The position numbers and the translations under genes were made by a program. Positions 50,407 through 60,940 of a stretch of 64,000 bases of DNA are shown piece after piece; position 1 is the stretch's first letter; each line of letters begins with the position of its first letter. A model generated the notes under the pieces. It saw only the letters and a program-made list of their open reading frames with translations, did not search any database and was not told the origin of the DNA. The DNA is from Candidatus Cloacimonadales bacterium (GTDB lineage: Bacteria > Cloacimonadota > Cloacimonadia > Cloacimonadales > JAIOQZ01): positions 2,304,001 to 2,368,000 of the forward strand of contig OY771587.1 of assembly GCA_963674825.1 (NCBI GenBank), written 5' to 3'.

Positions 50407-51432
50407 ATGGATAAGCTGGATTATCGCAAAGCGGGTGTTGATATCGAAGCCGGTGAAAATGCCGTCAACCGGATCAAACCCCTCGTGCGCGAAACCTTTA
50501 ATAAGAACGTGCTGACCGATATCGGCAGTTTTGGTGGACTCTACGCGCTCGATATGAGCGAATGGAAAGCACCGGTGCTGGTATCGAGTGCAGACGGTGT
50601 CGGGACCAAACTGATGGTTGCTCAGAAGGCAAAGCGCTATAATACGGTAGGGCAGTGCCTGATCAATCATTGCGTGAACGATATCTTTGTGCAGGGCGCA
50701 AAGCCGCTCTTCTTCCTCGATTACATCGGTATCGGACGCATGGTTCCCGAAATTGCGGAGCAGATCATCGTCGGACTGACCACCGCCTGTAAACAGAATG
50801 GCATGGCGCTGATCGGCGGTGAAATGGCTGAAATGCCCGGCATCTACCAGACAGACGATTTCGATCTTGTCGGTACGATTATCGGTATTGTGGAAAAAGA
50901 GAACCTCATCACCGGCGAGAAGATCGAAGTGGGCGACCGCGTGATCGGATTTCCGTCAACCGGGCTGCACACGAACGGTTATTCGCTGGCTCGCAAGATC
51001 GTCTTCGAGAAAATGGGCCTCACCATCGACGACACGATGCCCGGAATGGATGTCACCGTCGCGGATGCGTTGCTGGCTGTTCACAGATCCTATTATCGCG
51101 ATTTGAAAGACTGGGCCGTACCGGAGAAGATTCACGGTATGGCGCATATCACCGGCGGCGGTATCCCGGGCAACCTCAAGCGGGTTATCCCAGATGGTGT
51201 CGCAGCTGAGATATATACTGATCGCTGGGAAGCGCCAGCGCTGTTTAAAGCGCTCGAGCGCTATGGTGAAATTGAAAAAGAAGAGATGTTCCGTGCGTTC
51301 AATATGGGCGTCGGATACATTGTGGTGTGTGATAGCCTCACGGCGGAGGCAATTATCGACGCTACGGATGGATTCGACATTGGAAGGATCGTGTCGGCAT
51401 CGGAAACCGGGAAGAAGGTGATACTCAAATGA
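50407..51432 (+). CDS. purM: Phosphoribosylformylglycinamidine cyclo-ligase
   Basis: YRKAGVDI, DGVGTK, GGEMAEMP, GLHTNGYSL, HITGGG, FNMGVG. Confidence 0.97.
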   Translation: MDKLDYRKAGVDIEAGENAVNRIKPLVRETFNKNVLTDIGSFGGLYALDMSEWKAPVLVSSADGVGTKLMVAQKAKRYNTVGQCLINHCVNDIFVQGAKPLFFLDYIGIGRMVPEIAEQIIVGLTTACKQNGMALIGGEMAEMPGIYQTDDFDLVGTIIGIVEKENLITGEKIEVGDRVIGFPSTGLHTNGYSLARKIVFEKMGLTIDDTMPGMDVTVADALLAVHRSYYRDLKDWAVPEKIHGMAHITGGGIPGNLKRVIPDGVAAEIYTDRWEAPALFKALERYGEIEKEEMFRAFNMGVGYIVVCDSLTAEAIIDATDGFDIGRIVSASETGKKVILK

Positions 51433-52256
51433 AAACGAAGTGGAGGATTCTGATAGACGGGAATCATGGTCCCGCGGAAAACATGGCGATCGACGAGGCG
51501 ATCTTCTCTCTCGTTGCGCGCGGTGAATCCGTACCGACCATCCGATTCTACGGCTGGGAACCTCCAACTCTATCGATCGGCTACCATCAGAAAAGCGCTT
51601 CTGAAGCGGACTTCGACGTGCTGAGCGAACTCGGCTATGGTTTCGTGCGTCGTCCCACCGGCGGAAGAGCTGTGTTGCACAAGGATGAGGTAACCTACGC
51701 GGTGATCGCGCCCCTGGGCGGATCGCTGGACGGTAATGTAACCGATATCTATGTGCGCATCAGTGAAGCGCTGCGGGATGGACTGCGTCTGATGGGTGTC
51801 AATGTGGAACTGGAGAAGGGAAAGCTCTCTACGGAAGACCAGCGCAAAGCTGCGAATCCATGCTTCACCAGCACTTCTCGCTACGAGCTTGCCGTTGAAG
51901 GCAGGAAGATCGTGGGTAGTGCGCAGGTAAGAAGAGATGGCGCTTTTCTTCAGCACGGGTCGATTCTGTTGCATCACGATCAATCGGAAATAGCGGATTT
52001 ACTGCCGGATCTTTCGGACGGAGTCCGTAATCGGGTCAGAAAGTTTCTCGAGAAACAAACAATATCGATTGACAAAGCGATCGGATTACGAATTTCTGAC
52101 AAGACCGCCATCGCAAACCTTGCCGAGGGTTTTCGGGGCAATTGGGTGGAATGCGATTTTTTCGAAATTTCATCTATTAAGCCGGAAGAAAGGGTGTTAG
52201 CACTCGAGCTGGCAAATTCGAAGTACGAAAAAACGGAGTGGAACAGAAGGATATAG
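51429..52256 (+). CDS. Lipoate-protein ligase/octanoyltransferase (LplA/LipM family)
   Basis: NMAIDEA, RRPTGGRAVLH, KIVGSAQ, QHGSI. Confidence 0.92.
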   Translation: MKTKWRILIDGNHGPAENMAIDEAIFSLVARGESVPTIRFYGWEPPTLSIGYHQKSASEADFDVLSELGYGFVRRPTGGRAVLHKDEVTYAVIAPLGGSLDGNVTDIYVRISEALRDGLRLMGVNVELEKGKLSTEDQRKAANPCFTSTSRYELAVEGRKIVGSAQVRRDGAFLQHGSILLHHDQSEIADLLPDLSDGVRNRVRKFLEKQTISIDKAIGLRISDKTAIANLAEGFRGNWVECDFFEISSIKPEERVLALELANSKYEKTEWNRRI

Positions 52257-52368
52257 CCGGAATCAGTGAAGATAGAGTTAAAAAAATAATTGACATCCTG
52301 GTTTCGACGGAATGTTTTTGACAAATGTAAAAAAAGGATTTGTGAGAAGATAAAAGGGAGGATCTTCG

Positions 52369-55300
52369 ATGCGAAAGGCAATTATCTCACTGCTTGTAAT
52401 GCTTGGTCTCAGTATGTCACTATTTGCTGGTACGACCGGAACCCTGATGGGACGGGTGAAGGATGCCGATGGAAATTCTGTGCCTTATGCCAATGTGTTT
52501 CTTAAAGATACGCAGATTGGTGCGAACACGGATGACAAAGGTAAATTCATCATCATCAATATCCCTCCTGGAACGTACGATGTGATCTGTCAGCGCGGTG
52601 GTTTCCATCCGCAGACGGTAACAGGCGTGCAGATCCGCGTGGACGAAGTGTCTACCGTGAATTTCTCTATGATCAGTGCTGACATGGAAATCGAAGGTAT
52701 CGACGTTCGTGAACGCAAGGAATCACTTGTTCGTGCCGATAAGGCAGGTTCTGGCTTGACAATCACCGCTGAATCGATTGAAGGTCTGCCGGTTGACGAT
52801 ATCGACGGTATCGTTGCGATGCAGGCTGGCGCAGTTCAGACCGGTGGTGAACTCCATATCCGCGGTGGTCGTTCAAATGAACAGACCTGGTCGGTTGACG
52901 GTATGGCGGTGTCTGACCCGGTGGATGGCGGACGCGCACTTACAGTTGACCTGGACGCGGTCGCCGATATGAAGGTTATGACCGGTGGTCTTACCGCTGA
53001 ATACGGTAACGCTCAGTCTGGCGCGGTCAACATTGTGACCCGTTCCGGAAGCCCGACCGAGTACGATGGAAAGGTCGAGTACAGTCACAATCCCGATATC
53101 AATGAGGACCAATTTAAAATGATGATCGGTGGTCCGATCCTCAAAAACAAATGGACCTTCTTTGCAAACGGTGGATACGATGTTTATGATGGTCGCTACA
53201 AAGACTATTATGACGAAAACCCCAACACTGCATTTGTCTATACGAACAGTGAAGGTGTTACTCGTAACATCCTGAAGCACGATGACTATCCCACCTATGA
53301 TCCGTACGATGAAAGAGATTTCTTCGATCGTAATTACGAATCGTATGACTACAATATCAAAACCATGTACAAGTTCAGCCCAACTGCCAACTTCACGCTC
53401 GCTTATCGTGGCGACTATAGCAAGAGCCAACCGTGGGCATATGTATGGCAGTACGCGATGGAACACTATGTTGAAGTCGAACAGACTCAGCAACAGATGC
53501 TGGCGACTTTCGACCAGACGCTTGCATGGGCCAGACCCGCGAACTTCAAGATCAAGATGGGTTACTACAAAAAGACCTATGAAAAGGGCCCGAAAGGTAT
53601 CAGTGATTCCGACTATTTCCGCGAAGGCGGAACATACGATCCGGTTAACGCCTATGACCAGTCTGGTAGCCTTTCCGACTACACCAAGTTCGGTTTCACT
53701 CCGCTCGATGCCGATCAGGATTACGTGATCGACGAATATTGGGATGAAGAGAACGAAACCTGGATGCCGATGTATGAAGGAAGCGAATGGACCTATACCG
53801 TTATCGGCAGTACCGAAGAAGTTGGTGTTCCGACATTCAGCGCTCCCGGTACAATCTATGACGAAACCTTCGACGATACCACCGAGAACCTTCAGTTCAG
53901 AGCTGACTTCGAATGGCAGTTTAATGACATTCACGGTTTCAAAACCGGTCTTGAAGTTCAGCAGCACTGGCTGGAGAAGAATCGTGTGTACGATCCCTGG
54001 ATGATTCGCCCGGGCCGTTTCACATCCTATCTTGCAAATCTGTATGAAGACAGCCCCGGTTCATTCTCGTATTCCGATACGACCTATGATATCGATGGCG
54101 CAATCGTGAGCTGGACCGACATCTATGTTAACGGCGTCGTTGACAGTATCCGCTACACTCCGGACGGCGATTCCACCGGAACGCTGTTCTATGATCCGGA
54201 CGTATATCTCGAAGCCGCGCTGGCATCTTCGGGTGATCGCGATGGTTACAAGGCAAAGCCGCTCCAGGCTGCATGGTACATTCAGGACCAGATGCGTTGG
54301 GAAGGTATGCACGTTAACCTCGGTCTCCGTTACGATATGTGGTACCTTGGTAAGAGCTACGAAGTTCGCAAGATCGACGGCTCATACGAAGAAAGAGAAT
54401 TCAAGTCTTCCGATCGCATGCAGAACATGCTGTCTCCGCGACTCGGTGTTACATTCCCGATCTCGGAAAAAGACGTGTTCCACTTCGTGTATAACTACCA
54501 GTATCAGCTACCGCAGTTCCAGTATATCTTTACAAGCAAGGATCCGAGCGACGCTGCTGAAAGTGATGAAACAATCGTCGTGGGTAACCCGAATCTCGAC
54601 CCGCAGACAACCATCACCTACGAAGCTGGTGTTCAGCATCAGTTCTCCGAAGACTACGTCATCGAAATCCAGGCTTACTATAAAAACATGTATAACTACG
54701 TGAATACCGAGCTGTATTCGGATCCTGACGATCCGGCAGTGAAGTATTACCGCTATATCTCTGTTGACTACGGCTCGGCCCGTGGTATCGACATCAACCT
54801 GCAGAAGACCCTTTCCGAATTCGTTTCGGGTTCCGTATCTTACGGTATGGGTTGGTCTACTGGTAACCACTCCAGCGAAGTGACGCAGGACGAGAATAAA
54901 TCGCTTCGCGAATTCCCGCTCGACTGGGATATCCGCCATAACTTCAGCATCAATACCCAGTTCCGTCTGGCAAAAGATGAAGAATCCTACATCACCCCGC
55001 TGAACATCGTTCTGTTCCCGGGCTGGGTGCTTCTTGACAAGTTGATCCCGCTGTCGGCTTATGGTGACTTCAACTATACGCTGGTATTCGGCGCAAGTTC
55101 TCCTTCGCCGTATACAAAGTATAACGTAGCCGATGGAGCATCCAATGTCAATACATCCGACCTCGACCCGAACAACGGAAGAACAGAATGGAACTACAGC
55201 ACCGACATACGTATCGCGAAGAAAATCGACATGAACGACGATGGCCTTGGTTTCAAGGTTTACCTCGATGTCGATAACATCTTCGACCACAAAAACGTTG

Positions 55301-55464
55301 TGTCTGTTTACAACGTGACCGGACTGCCGAACGATGACGGTGACCTCGCCTCGAACGATTCAGTTTATGAGGAAGAGAGATGGATGGATTCGATTTCGGA
55401 TGATAACCCGAGCAACTATAGTTCTGGTCGTACGATCCAGTTCGGAATATCGTTTAATTTCTAA
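52369..55464 (+). CDS. TonB-dependent receptor with N-terminal carboxypeptidase-regulatory-like domain
   Basis: Signal peptide; plug HIRGGRSNE...VDG; AEYGNAQSGAVNIVT; NLGLRYD; SPRLG; GNPNLDP; C-terminal Phe. Confidence 0.93.
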   Translation: MRKAIISLLVMLGLSMSLFAGTTGTLMGRVKDADGNSVPYANVFLKDTQIGANTDDKGKFIIINIPPGTYDVICQRGGFHPQTVTGVQIRVDEVSTVNFSMISADMEIEGIDVRERKESLVRADKAGSGLTITAESIEGLPVDDIDGIVAMQAGAVQTGGELHIRGGRSNEQTWSVDGMAVSDPVDGGRALTVDLDAVADMKVMTGGLTAEYGNAQSGAVNIVTRSGSPTEYDGKVEYSHNPDINEDQFKMMIGGPILKNKWTFFANGGYDVYDGRYKDYYDENPNTAFVYTNSEGVTRNILKHDDYPTYDPYDERDFFDRNYESYDYNIKTMYKFSPTANFTLAYRGDYSKSQPWAYVWQYAMEHYVEVEQTQQQMLATFDQTLAWARPANFKIKMGYYKKTYEKGPKGISDSDYFREGGTYDPVNAYDQSGSLSDYTKFGFTPLDADQDYVIDEYWDEENETWMPMYEGSEWTYTVIGSTEEVGVPTFSAPGTIYDETFDDTTENLQFRADFEWQFNDIHGFKTGLEVQQHWLEKNRVYDPWMIRPGRFTSYLANLYEDSPGSFSYSDTTYDIDGAIVSWTDIYVNGVVDSIRYTPDGDSTGTLFYDPDVYLEAALASSGDRDGYKAKPLQAAWYIQDQMRWEGMHVNLGLRYDMWYLGKSYEVRKIDGSYEEREFKSSDRMQNMLSPRLGVTFPISEKDVFHFVYNYQYQLPQFQYIFTSKDPSDAAESDETIVVGNPNLDPQTTITYEAGVQHQFSEDYVIEIQAYYKNMYNYVNTELYSDPDDPAVKYYRYISVDYGSARGIDINLQKTLSEFVSGSVSYGMGWSTGNHSSEVTQDENKSLREFPLDWDIRHNFSINTQFRLAKDEESYITPLNIVLFPGWVLLDKLIPLSAYGDFNYTLVFGASSPSPYTKYNVADGASNVNTSDLDPNNGRTEWNYSTDIRIAKKIDMNDDGLGFKVYLDVDNIFDHKNVVSVYNVTGLPNDDGDLASNDSVYEEERWMDSISDDNPSNYSSGRTIQFGISFNF

Positions 55465-55492
55465 TATAATATGATTTAGGAGGATAAAACCA

Positions 55493-56344
55493 ATGAAAAG
55501 GAACAAGATAGCAGCGATAGCGTTACTGAGCTTGTTGCTTATGTTCAGCGTGACTGCGTTGATCGCTCAGGCTGCGGAGGCCGACGATGCTGCACAAGCC
55601 GTCGATACCGAAGCCGTGGTCGAGGATACTCAGGCTGTTGAAACAACCGAAGAGATGCCATTAGAACAGGAAGCTGCGGGTGACACATCCGCTCTTGAAG
55701 ATATCGCGACTCTGCTTCTTGGCAGCGGCTTTGTGCAACTGTTCAAGGAAGGTGGATTCGTTATGTGGCCTATGCTCGTTCTTCTTATCTGGGCTGTGGC
55801 AACCGTTATCTGGAAGCTCGTATCTCTGAGCTATGCCAAGATCAATGTGAATCATCTTCTCGAAAAGGTGATGCCGCTGGTCGAAAACGGTAAGTATGAC
55901 GAAGCCGCAGAGATCTGCGCCAACACCAAGGGCCCCGTTGCTGCCGTTATGCACATGGGTCTGCTCAAAGCTGATAAGGGTGTCGTGGCTGTTGAGAAAG
56001 CTATCGAAAACGCGAGCGTGCTTGAAATGGCGTTCCTTGAAAAAGGATTTATCCCGCTTTCAACCACCATCAACCTGGCACCGATGTTCGGTTTCTTCGG
56101 AACCGTTGTCGGTATGATCCAGGCATTCAAGGATATCGCAGCGGCTGGTGAAGTTGAGCCTACGATCGTTGCTTCCGGTATTCAGATCGCTCTTATCACA
56201 ACTGCTGCCGGTCTCGCTGTTGCGATCCCGATCCAGTTCTTCAATAACATGTTCCTCACCATGGTCGATGGCCTTGTGATGGATATGCAGAAAGGTTCCG
56301 AGAAACTCATCGAAACCATCGTTGAAAATACTCGGGGGGAATAA
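55493..56344 (+). CDS. exbB: MotA/TolQ/ExbB proton channel
   Basis: GGFVMWP, APMFGFFGTVVGMIQAF, ALITTAAGLAVAIP. Confidence 0.93.
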   Translation: MKRNKIAAIALLSLLLMFSVTALIAQAAEADDAAQAVDTEAVVEDTQAVETTEEMPLEQEAAGDTSALEDIATLLLGSGFVQLFKEGGFVMWPMLVLLIWAVATVIWKLVSLSYAKINVNHLLEKVMPLVENGKYDEAAEICANTKGPVAAVMHMGLLKADKGVVAVEKAIENASVLEMAFLEKGFIPLSTTINLAPMFGFFGTVVGMIQAFKDIAAAGEVEPTIVASGIQIALITTAAGLAVAIPIQFFNNMFLTMVDGLVMDMQKGSEKLIETIVENTRGE

Positions 56345-56761
56345 ATGATTAAGAGAAAGAAGGAACGGTCACTTGATGGGATCCCTACATCCTCCATGTC
56401 TGACATTGCTTTCCTTCTGCTCGTTTTCTTTCTGACGACCACCAAATTCGACATCAAGAAAGGTCTTGGTCTCGTGCTTCCGCCTGCATCCGAAAATGCA
56501 GATACGAAAGTGAAACTCAAAGACGAGAACATCACCAAGATCTATGTGAGACAGGATGGAGTCGTCACGATTGATGAAGTTGAAATTCCATTAACTGGTA
56601 TCCGAGCAAAAGTGGAAGATGTAATCCGGAATAACCCGGATATGGTGATTTCTTTGCGTACGGATCGCATGTCGAGATACAAATTCATGGTTCGCGTACT
56701 CGAGGAGGTAAAACTCGCGGGTGCCGAAAAAATTTCGCTCTCAACCAATGCGTTGAATTAG
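56345..56761 (+). CDS. exbD: ExbD/TolR protein
   Basis: SMSDIAFLLLVFFL. Confidence 0.92.
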   Translation: MIKRKKERSLDGIPTSSMSDIAFLLLVFFLTTTKFDIKKGLGLVLPPASENADTKVKLKDENITKIYVRQDGVVTIDEVEIPLTGIRAKVEDVIRNNPDMVISLRTDRMSRYKFMVRVLEEVKLAGAEKISLSTNALN

Positions 56762-56772
56762 GGAGGTGAGTT

Positions 56773-57204
56773 ATGGCAAAGATCGTAAAAACGAAGAAAC
56801 CCTCGTCTCAGATTCCTAATTCATCCATGTCGGATATCGCTTTCCTCTTGCTGGTATTCTTCATGGTGTCAACCGTATTTGTCAAAGAAAGAGGGCTGAA
56901 GTACATTACGATGCCCAAGGCGAGCAAAGAGATTCTGGAAAAGGGAAAGATCCCCAGAAAGCATGCTGCCACAATCTACGTCGATAAGAATAACCTTATA
57001 TCCATCGATGATTATCCGATCGAGTATTCGGAGCTTTACAGGGTTGCCGGTATTATGGGCAACAAACGCCTGGAAGATCCGAACTTGATTACCTGTTTCA
57101 GGGCCGATGAAAACACACAGTATCGTACGATGCACGATATCATGCTGCAGCTTCGACAAGTTGACGCTCTTCGCGTATCGTTCGAAGCGAAACTCAGAAG
57201 GTAG
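56773..57204 (+). CDS. exbD: ExbD/TolR protein (second copy)
   Basis: SMSDIAFLLLVFFM, FRAD. Confidence 0.92.
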   Translation: MAKIVKTKKPSSQIPNSSMSDIAFLLLVFFMVSTVFVKERGLKYITMPKASKEILEKGKIPRKHAATIYVDKNNLISIDDYPIEYSELYRVAGIMGNKRLEDPNLITCFRADENTQYRTMHDIMLQLRQVDALRVSFEAKLRR

Positions 57205-57210
57205 GACGCC

Positions 57211-57855
57211 ATGAAACAATATCAATCTCGAGATTGGAAAGACGTAGCGAGTAGTTATTATGACAAGGCAATGGCTCTTGCCATTCTACTCCTGCTCTTC
57301 TCGTTTATGGTTTCGCCTCAAATTGAAGTGAAGCCCTACGAGAGGAAAATTCTGGAAGTAACGAAACTGGAAGAAATCCCGGAAATCAGAGAAGAAATCA
57401 AACCGCCTGAACAGCAGGTCAAGCCCGTTATTGATATCGTTATCGAAGATGATTTGAGTGATGATGATGAGGATATCGAGATTGTCGATACCATCGATAA
57501 GACCGAACTCAAGCCTTACGAAGATATCATCGAGACGGTTACTCGACAAGAAGGTATGACCCCGGACTTCGTTCCTTACGAAGATCCACCAGTTCCGATC
57601 AAGCAGATCAAGCCGGTATATTCAGATTTTGCGAAGCGCATGAATATCACAGGCGAAGTTATGCTGAAAGTGGAAGTTCTGGTAGATGGTTCCGTGGGAG
57701 CGGTGATTGTTCAAAAATCGCTTATGCCCGGAGCTGACGGCTTGGACGAAGCGGCTGTAAAAGCGGTGAAACAATGGGAGTTCACACCTGCAAAGAGCGG
57801 CGGTAAGCCGGTCGCAGTGTGGGTAGTATTCCCCGTTGGTTTCTCACTCGATTAA
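57211..57855 (+). CDS. tonB: Energy transducer TonB
   Basis: N-terminal TM, acidic/Pro linker, C-terminal PVY...GEV...DG...AVKQWEFTPA...GKPV domain. Confidence 0.9.
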   Translation: MKQYQSRDWKDVASSYYDKAMALAILLLLFSFMVSPQIEVKPYERKILEVTKLEEIPEIREEIKPPEQQVKPVIDIVIEDDLSDDDEDIEIVDTIDKTELKPYEDIIETVTRQEGMTPDFVPYEDPPVPIKQIKPVYSDFAKRMNITGEVMLKVEVLVDGSVGAVIVQKSLMPGADGLDEAAVKAVKQWEFTPAKSGGKPVAVWVVFPVGFSLD

Positions 57856-57903
57856 CGTTCGTTAAATGTGATAAATTAATCAAGGAGTGTTGGAGGAGTT
57901 TGC

Positions 57904-60900
57904 ATGAGATCACGAAAAACAGCAGCGATTATCTTGTTATTCGTCTTCAGTTTGGCTGCAGTCTCGTTGATGGGGCGTTCCAATTCGGATGTCGAATACA
58001 CGAAGAAGCTGGACCTCGAAGACAGAATACACAATGTTGGTAATATCTGGCTGCGCGTGAGTAATTATGGTTTCTTTGGTTCCGGAGATGATATAACTCC
58101 ACAGTGGCCCTCGCTCGAATATCCGGGCGGTAGTGGTATCGATTACCTCTATCAGGGAGCTCTGTGGTTTGGCGCTAAGAAAATCAGGAGAAATCAGGAA
58201 AACAGAATCCTGTATTGGGCACATTGGCCTCCGATCGACGAATCGGACTATATCACGAGCGATGACACGGCTTGGACTTCGGACCTGCCACGCGTTATCG
58301 ATACCCTCGTGTCAGTTGGTTTCGACGGTGATGCGGACCTGATGGAGTTTCTGCCGGCATACAACCCTGCAGAACAGAGCGCTATGAGTGCACAACACAG
58401 TATGTATAACCTGGTCGATACGGTTATGACCGCTTCGATCTGGAATGGCCGTGCCGGCGAAGATGATGACGGCGACGGTTTCATCGATGAAGACCCTGTA
58501 GGATTCGGATTCCCGATGCGCGATGGCGCTGAACTTCCGGACATCCTCTATGGACTCGGTGGACAATACCTTACAGACAGCGATGTGATTCCTTTTATCC
58601 TTAAAGCTGTCGATGAGGAAATCTGGTTCCCGCTCGGTTTTGTTGATCTGAGCAGAGCAGAAGACCAGGGCGTTCAGGCGACAACTGCCTGGGCTTTCAC
58701 GAACCCATATGACGATGATATGGACGGTCTTACCGATGAAGACGGTTACCCGATGTCTGAACAGGACTATATCAGCTATTACTATGATTTCAGCCCGTTT
58801 GAAACCGGTGTGGAACGTCACTGGGGCAGCAACAAATCATCGAACAATCACTTCCCGCTGGGTGTGATGATTCGTCAGATGAGCTACCAGTGGAGCTATG
58901 ACTACATCAAGAACCTTGTCTATGTCGAGTTCGATATCACGAACATGAACGATCTTGATACGCTCTTCGACTGTGCAATGGGTGTGTATATGGACTCTGA
59001 CGTCGGACCTCAATCCTGGGGTGGCGACGAACGTTCTCTGGACGATATCAGTAGCTACGTTTCAGGCGACGGATACGAATTCGCTTATACATACGATGCA
59101 GACCAGGATCAGGGTCTTACGACCGGATACGTTGGATCGCGTGTATGTACGCCGATCCCGCATCCCGACTCATTGAACTATTCCTGCTGGTATTGGAACC
59201 GAGGCGATGGTCCAGATGATGAGGACCCGCGTGATCTCACACACTCTGGAAGCCCGACAGCGAACCAGAAATACTGGCTGCTGACCGGTCTTAATCCTGA
59301 CGATGGTAAATATACCTCTCTTAGGGATTTCCCTGAACATCAGATGTCCGATCCGGACGATACCCGCTACCTGTTCGCTTTCTCTGGCGACGGACTGGGT
59401 CTCGAAGAACCAACCGACGAATCGTGGAACCTTGCACCCGGCAAGACGATGAAAATCGTTGTGGCCGTGTTCCCTGGCGACACCGTCGAAGAACTCAAAC
59501 AGACTGCTGAATGGGCGAAAGAAATCTATGGCGAAGCACAGTCACTGACGACTGCAATTCTGCCCGATACATTCGCACACTACAATCCGCCTGAGCCTCC
59601 GGACATTCCTAATATCTATGCTGAAATGAACGATGGTCGTTTCACGATCTATTGGGACAACCGCTCCGAATTTACCTACGACGTAAAAGCCGTTAGTAAA
59701 GGTAAGATCGGTTACCAGAGCGACGATAGCTCACTTCCGAGCTATAATCCAAGCGTAACCGAAGATGATCCCGATTACAATCCGAATGCGATTGTTGACC
59801 CGATCACGGCAGACCGCCTGCGTCACGACTTCCAGGGTTACACCGTCTGGACGAGATCTGGCTCCGGTCTTGAAGATAACTGGGTTATGCACCGCAAGTG
59901 GGATAAGATCGATACCGATCAGGACTACATTGACTATAACTGTACAATTGACAAACCAAGCGCTGGCTACTGGAACTTCGGTGGTGAACTTGGTATCGAC
60001 CGTGGTCTTCCGTATGCTGGCGAAGCTTCCAATCCTGGAAATCCTCCGCTCGTAACGGATGACAACTATGAATACAACCACCAGTACTATCATCTCAATG
60101 ACCTGTACGAACTGGTCCAATACGAAGTTGGCGATCCGCTTTACGGCTTACCGCTGTATACCCCGGCTGCAAGTTCGATGGCGAAGATTGATTCACTTCT
60201 TAATGCACATACTGACAACCCGCTCTACAATGCAAAGCAGAACGAACAGCTGATCTTCAAGAATCCTGAGGTTTCGGATGAACTGTTCCTCGCACTGGTT
60301 GACGACAAGCTCATCACACTCGATGGACACGCTGGTCAGTCATATCAGGACGAACCTGACTTCACTGAAAAGCATCTCGAACGTCTTGCCAGAAGGTACT
60401 ACAGCTACCAGCCGAATTATCCTGGATACAAGGGTGTCGAGCTGTACCTGACGGTTTCTGCATTCGACCGCGGTATGCCATCAAATGATCTGCTTGCACT
60501 TGAATCAAGTAAAGCGGCAAACATGCAGGTGTTCTTCCCTGGAACATCCGCAAAGCAAAAGATGGATGACATCTATGTCGTTCCGAATCCGTATATCGGT
60601 CTGAGCGATTTCGATGGACGTCGGGAAAACGACCCGAAGGGTGACAAGAGTCGCCGTATTTGGTTTGCGAACCTTCCCGAACGCTGTACCATCCGTATCT
60701 TCACGCTCGCTGGCGACCTTGTTGACAAGATCGAACATTACGGCAGCTATGAAGAAGACATTATTACAACCAGCAAGGCAGCGAACAGCGGTGTTACCGA
60801 TTCCGGTATCCACTCCTGGGATCTCCTTTCACAGAACGATCAGATCGTAGTTAGTGGTGTTTACCTGTTCTCCGTGGAGAATAAGGAAAACGGTGACATA

Positions 60901-60930
60901 AAAGTCGGCAAATTCGTGATTATACGTTAG
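57904..60930 (+). CDS. 1008-aa acidic exported protein with T9SS/FlgD-like C-terminal domain
   Basis: Signal peptide; VSNYG...EYPGGSG..YL N-terminus; DxDGDGxxDED motifs; C-terminal VVPNPY...FANLP...IFTLAGDLV...WDL...SGVYLF...GKFVIIR. Confidence 0.88.
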   Translation: MRSRKTAAIILLFVFSLAAVSLMGRSNSDVEYTKKLDLEDRIHNVGNIWLRVSNYGFFGSGDDITPQWPSLEYPGGSGIDYLYQGALWFGAKKIRRNQENRILYWAHWPPIDESDYITSDDTAWTSDLPRVIDTLVSVGFDGDADLMEFLPAYNPAEQSAMSAQHSMYNLVDTVMTASIWNGRAGEDDDGDGFIDEDPVGFGFPMRDGAELPDILYGLGGQYLTDSDVIPFILKAVDEEIWFPLGFVDLSRAEDQGVQATTAWAFTNPYDDDMDGLTDEDGYPMSEQDYISYYYDFSPFETGVERHWGSNKSSNNHFPLGVMIRQMSYQWSYDYIKNLVYVEFDITNMNDLDTLFDCAMGVYMDSDVGPQSWGGDERSLDDISSYVSGDGYEFAYTYDADQDQGLTTGYVGSRVCTPIPHPDSLNYSCWYWNRGDGPDDEDPRDLTHSGSPTANQKYWLLTGLNPDDGKYTSLRDFPEHQMSDPDDTRYLFAFSGDGLGLEEPTDESWNLAPGKTMKIVVAVFPGDTVEELKQTAEWAKEIYGEAQSLTTAILPDTFAHYNPPEPPDIPNIYAEMNDGRFTIYWDNRSEFTYDVKAVSKGKIGYQSDDSSLPSYNPSVTEDDPDYNPNAIVDPITADRLRHDFQGYTVWTRSGSGLEDNWVMHRKWDKIDTDQDYIDYNCTIDKPSAGYWNFGGELGIDRGLPYAGEASNPGNPPLVTDDNYEYNHQYYHLNDLYELVQYEVGDPLYGLPLYTPAASSMAKIDSLLNAHTDNPLYNAKQNEQLIFKNPEVSDELFLALVDDKLITLDGHAGQSYQDEPDFTEKHLERLARRYYSYQPNYPGYKGVELYLTVSAFDRGMPSNDLLALESSKAANMQVFFPGTSAKQKMDDIYVVPNPYIGLSDFDGRRENDPKGDKSRRIWFANLPERCTIRIFTLAGDLVDKIEHYGSYEEDIITTSKAANSGVTDSGIHSWDLLSQNDQIVVSGVYLFSVENKENGDIKVGKFVIIR

Positions 60931-60940
60931 GGAGGCAACG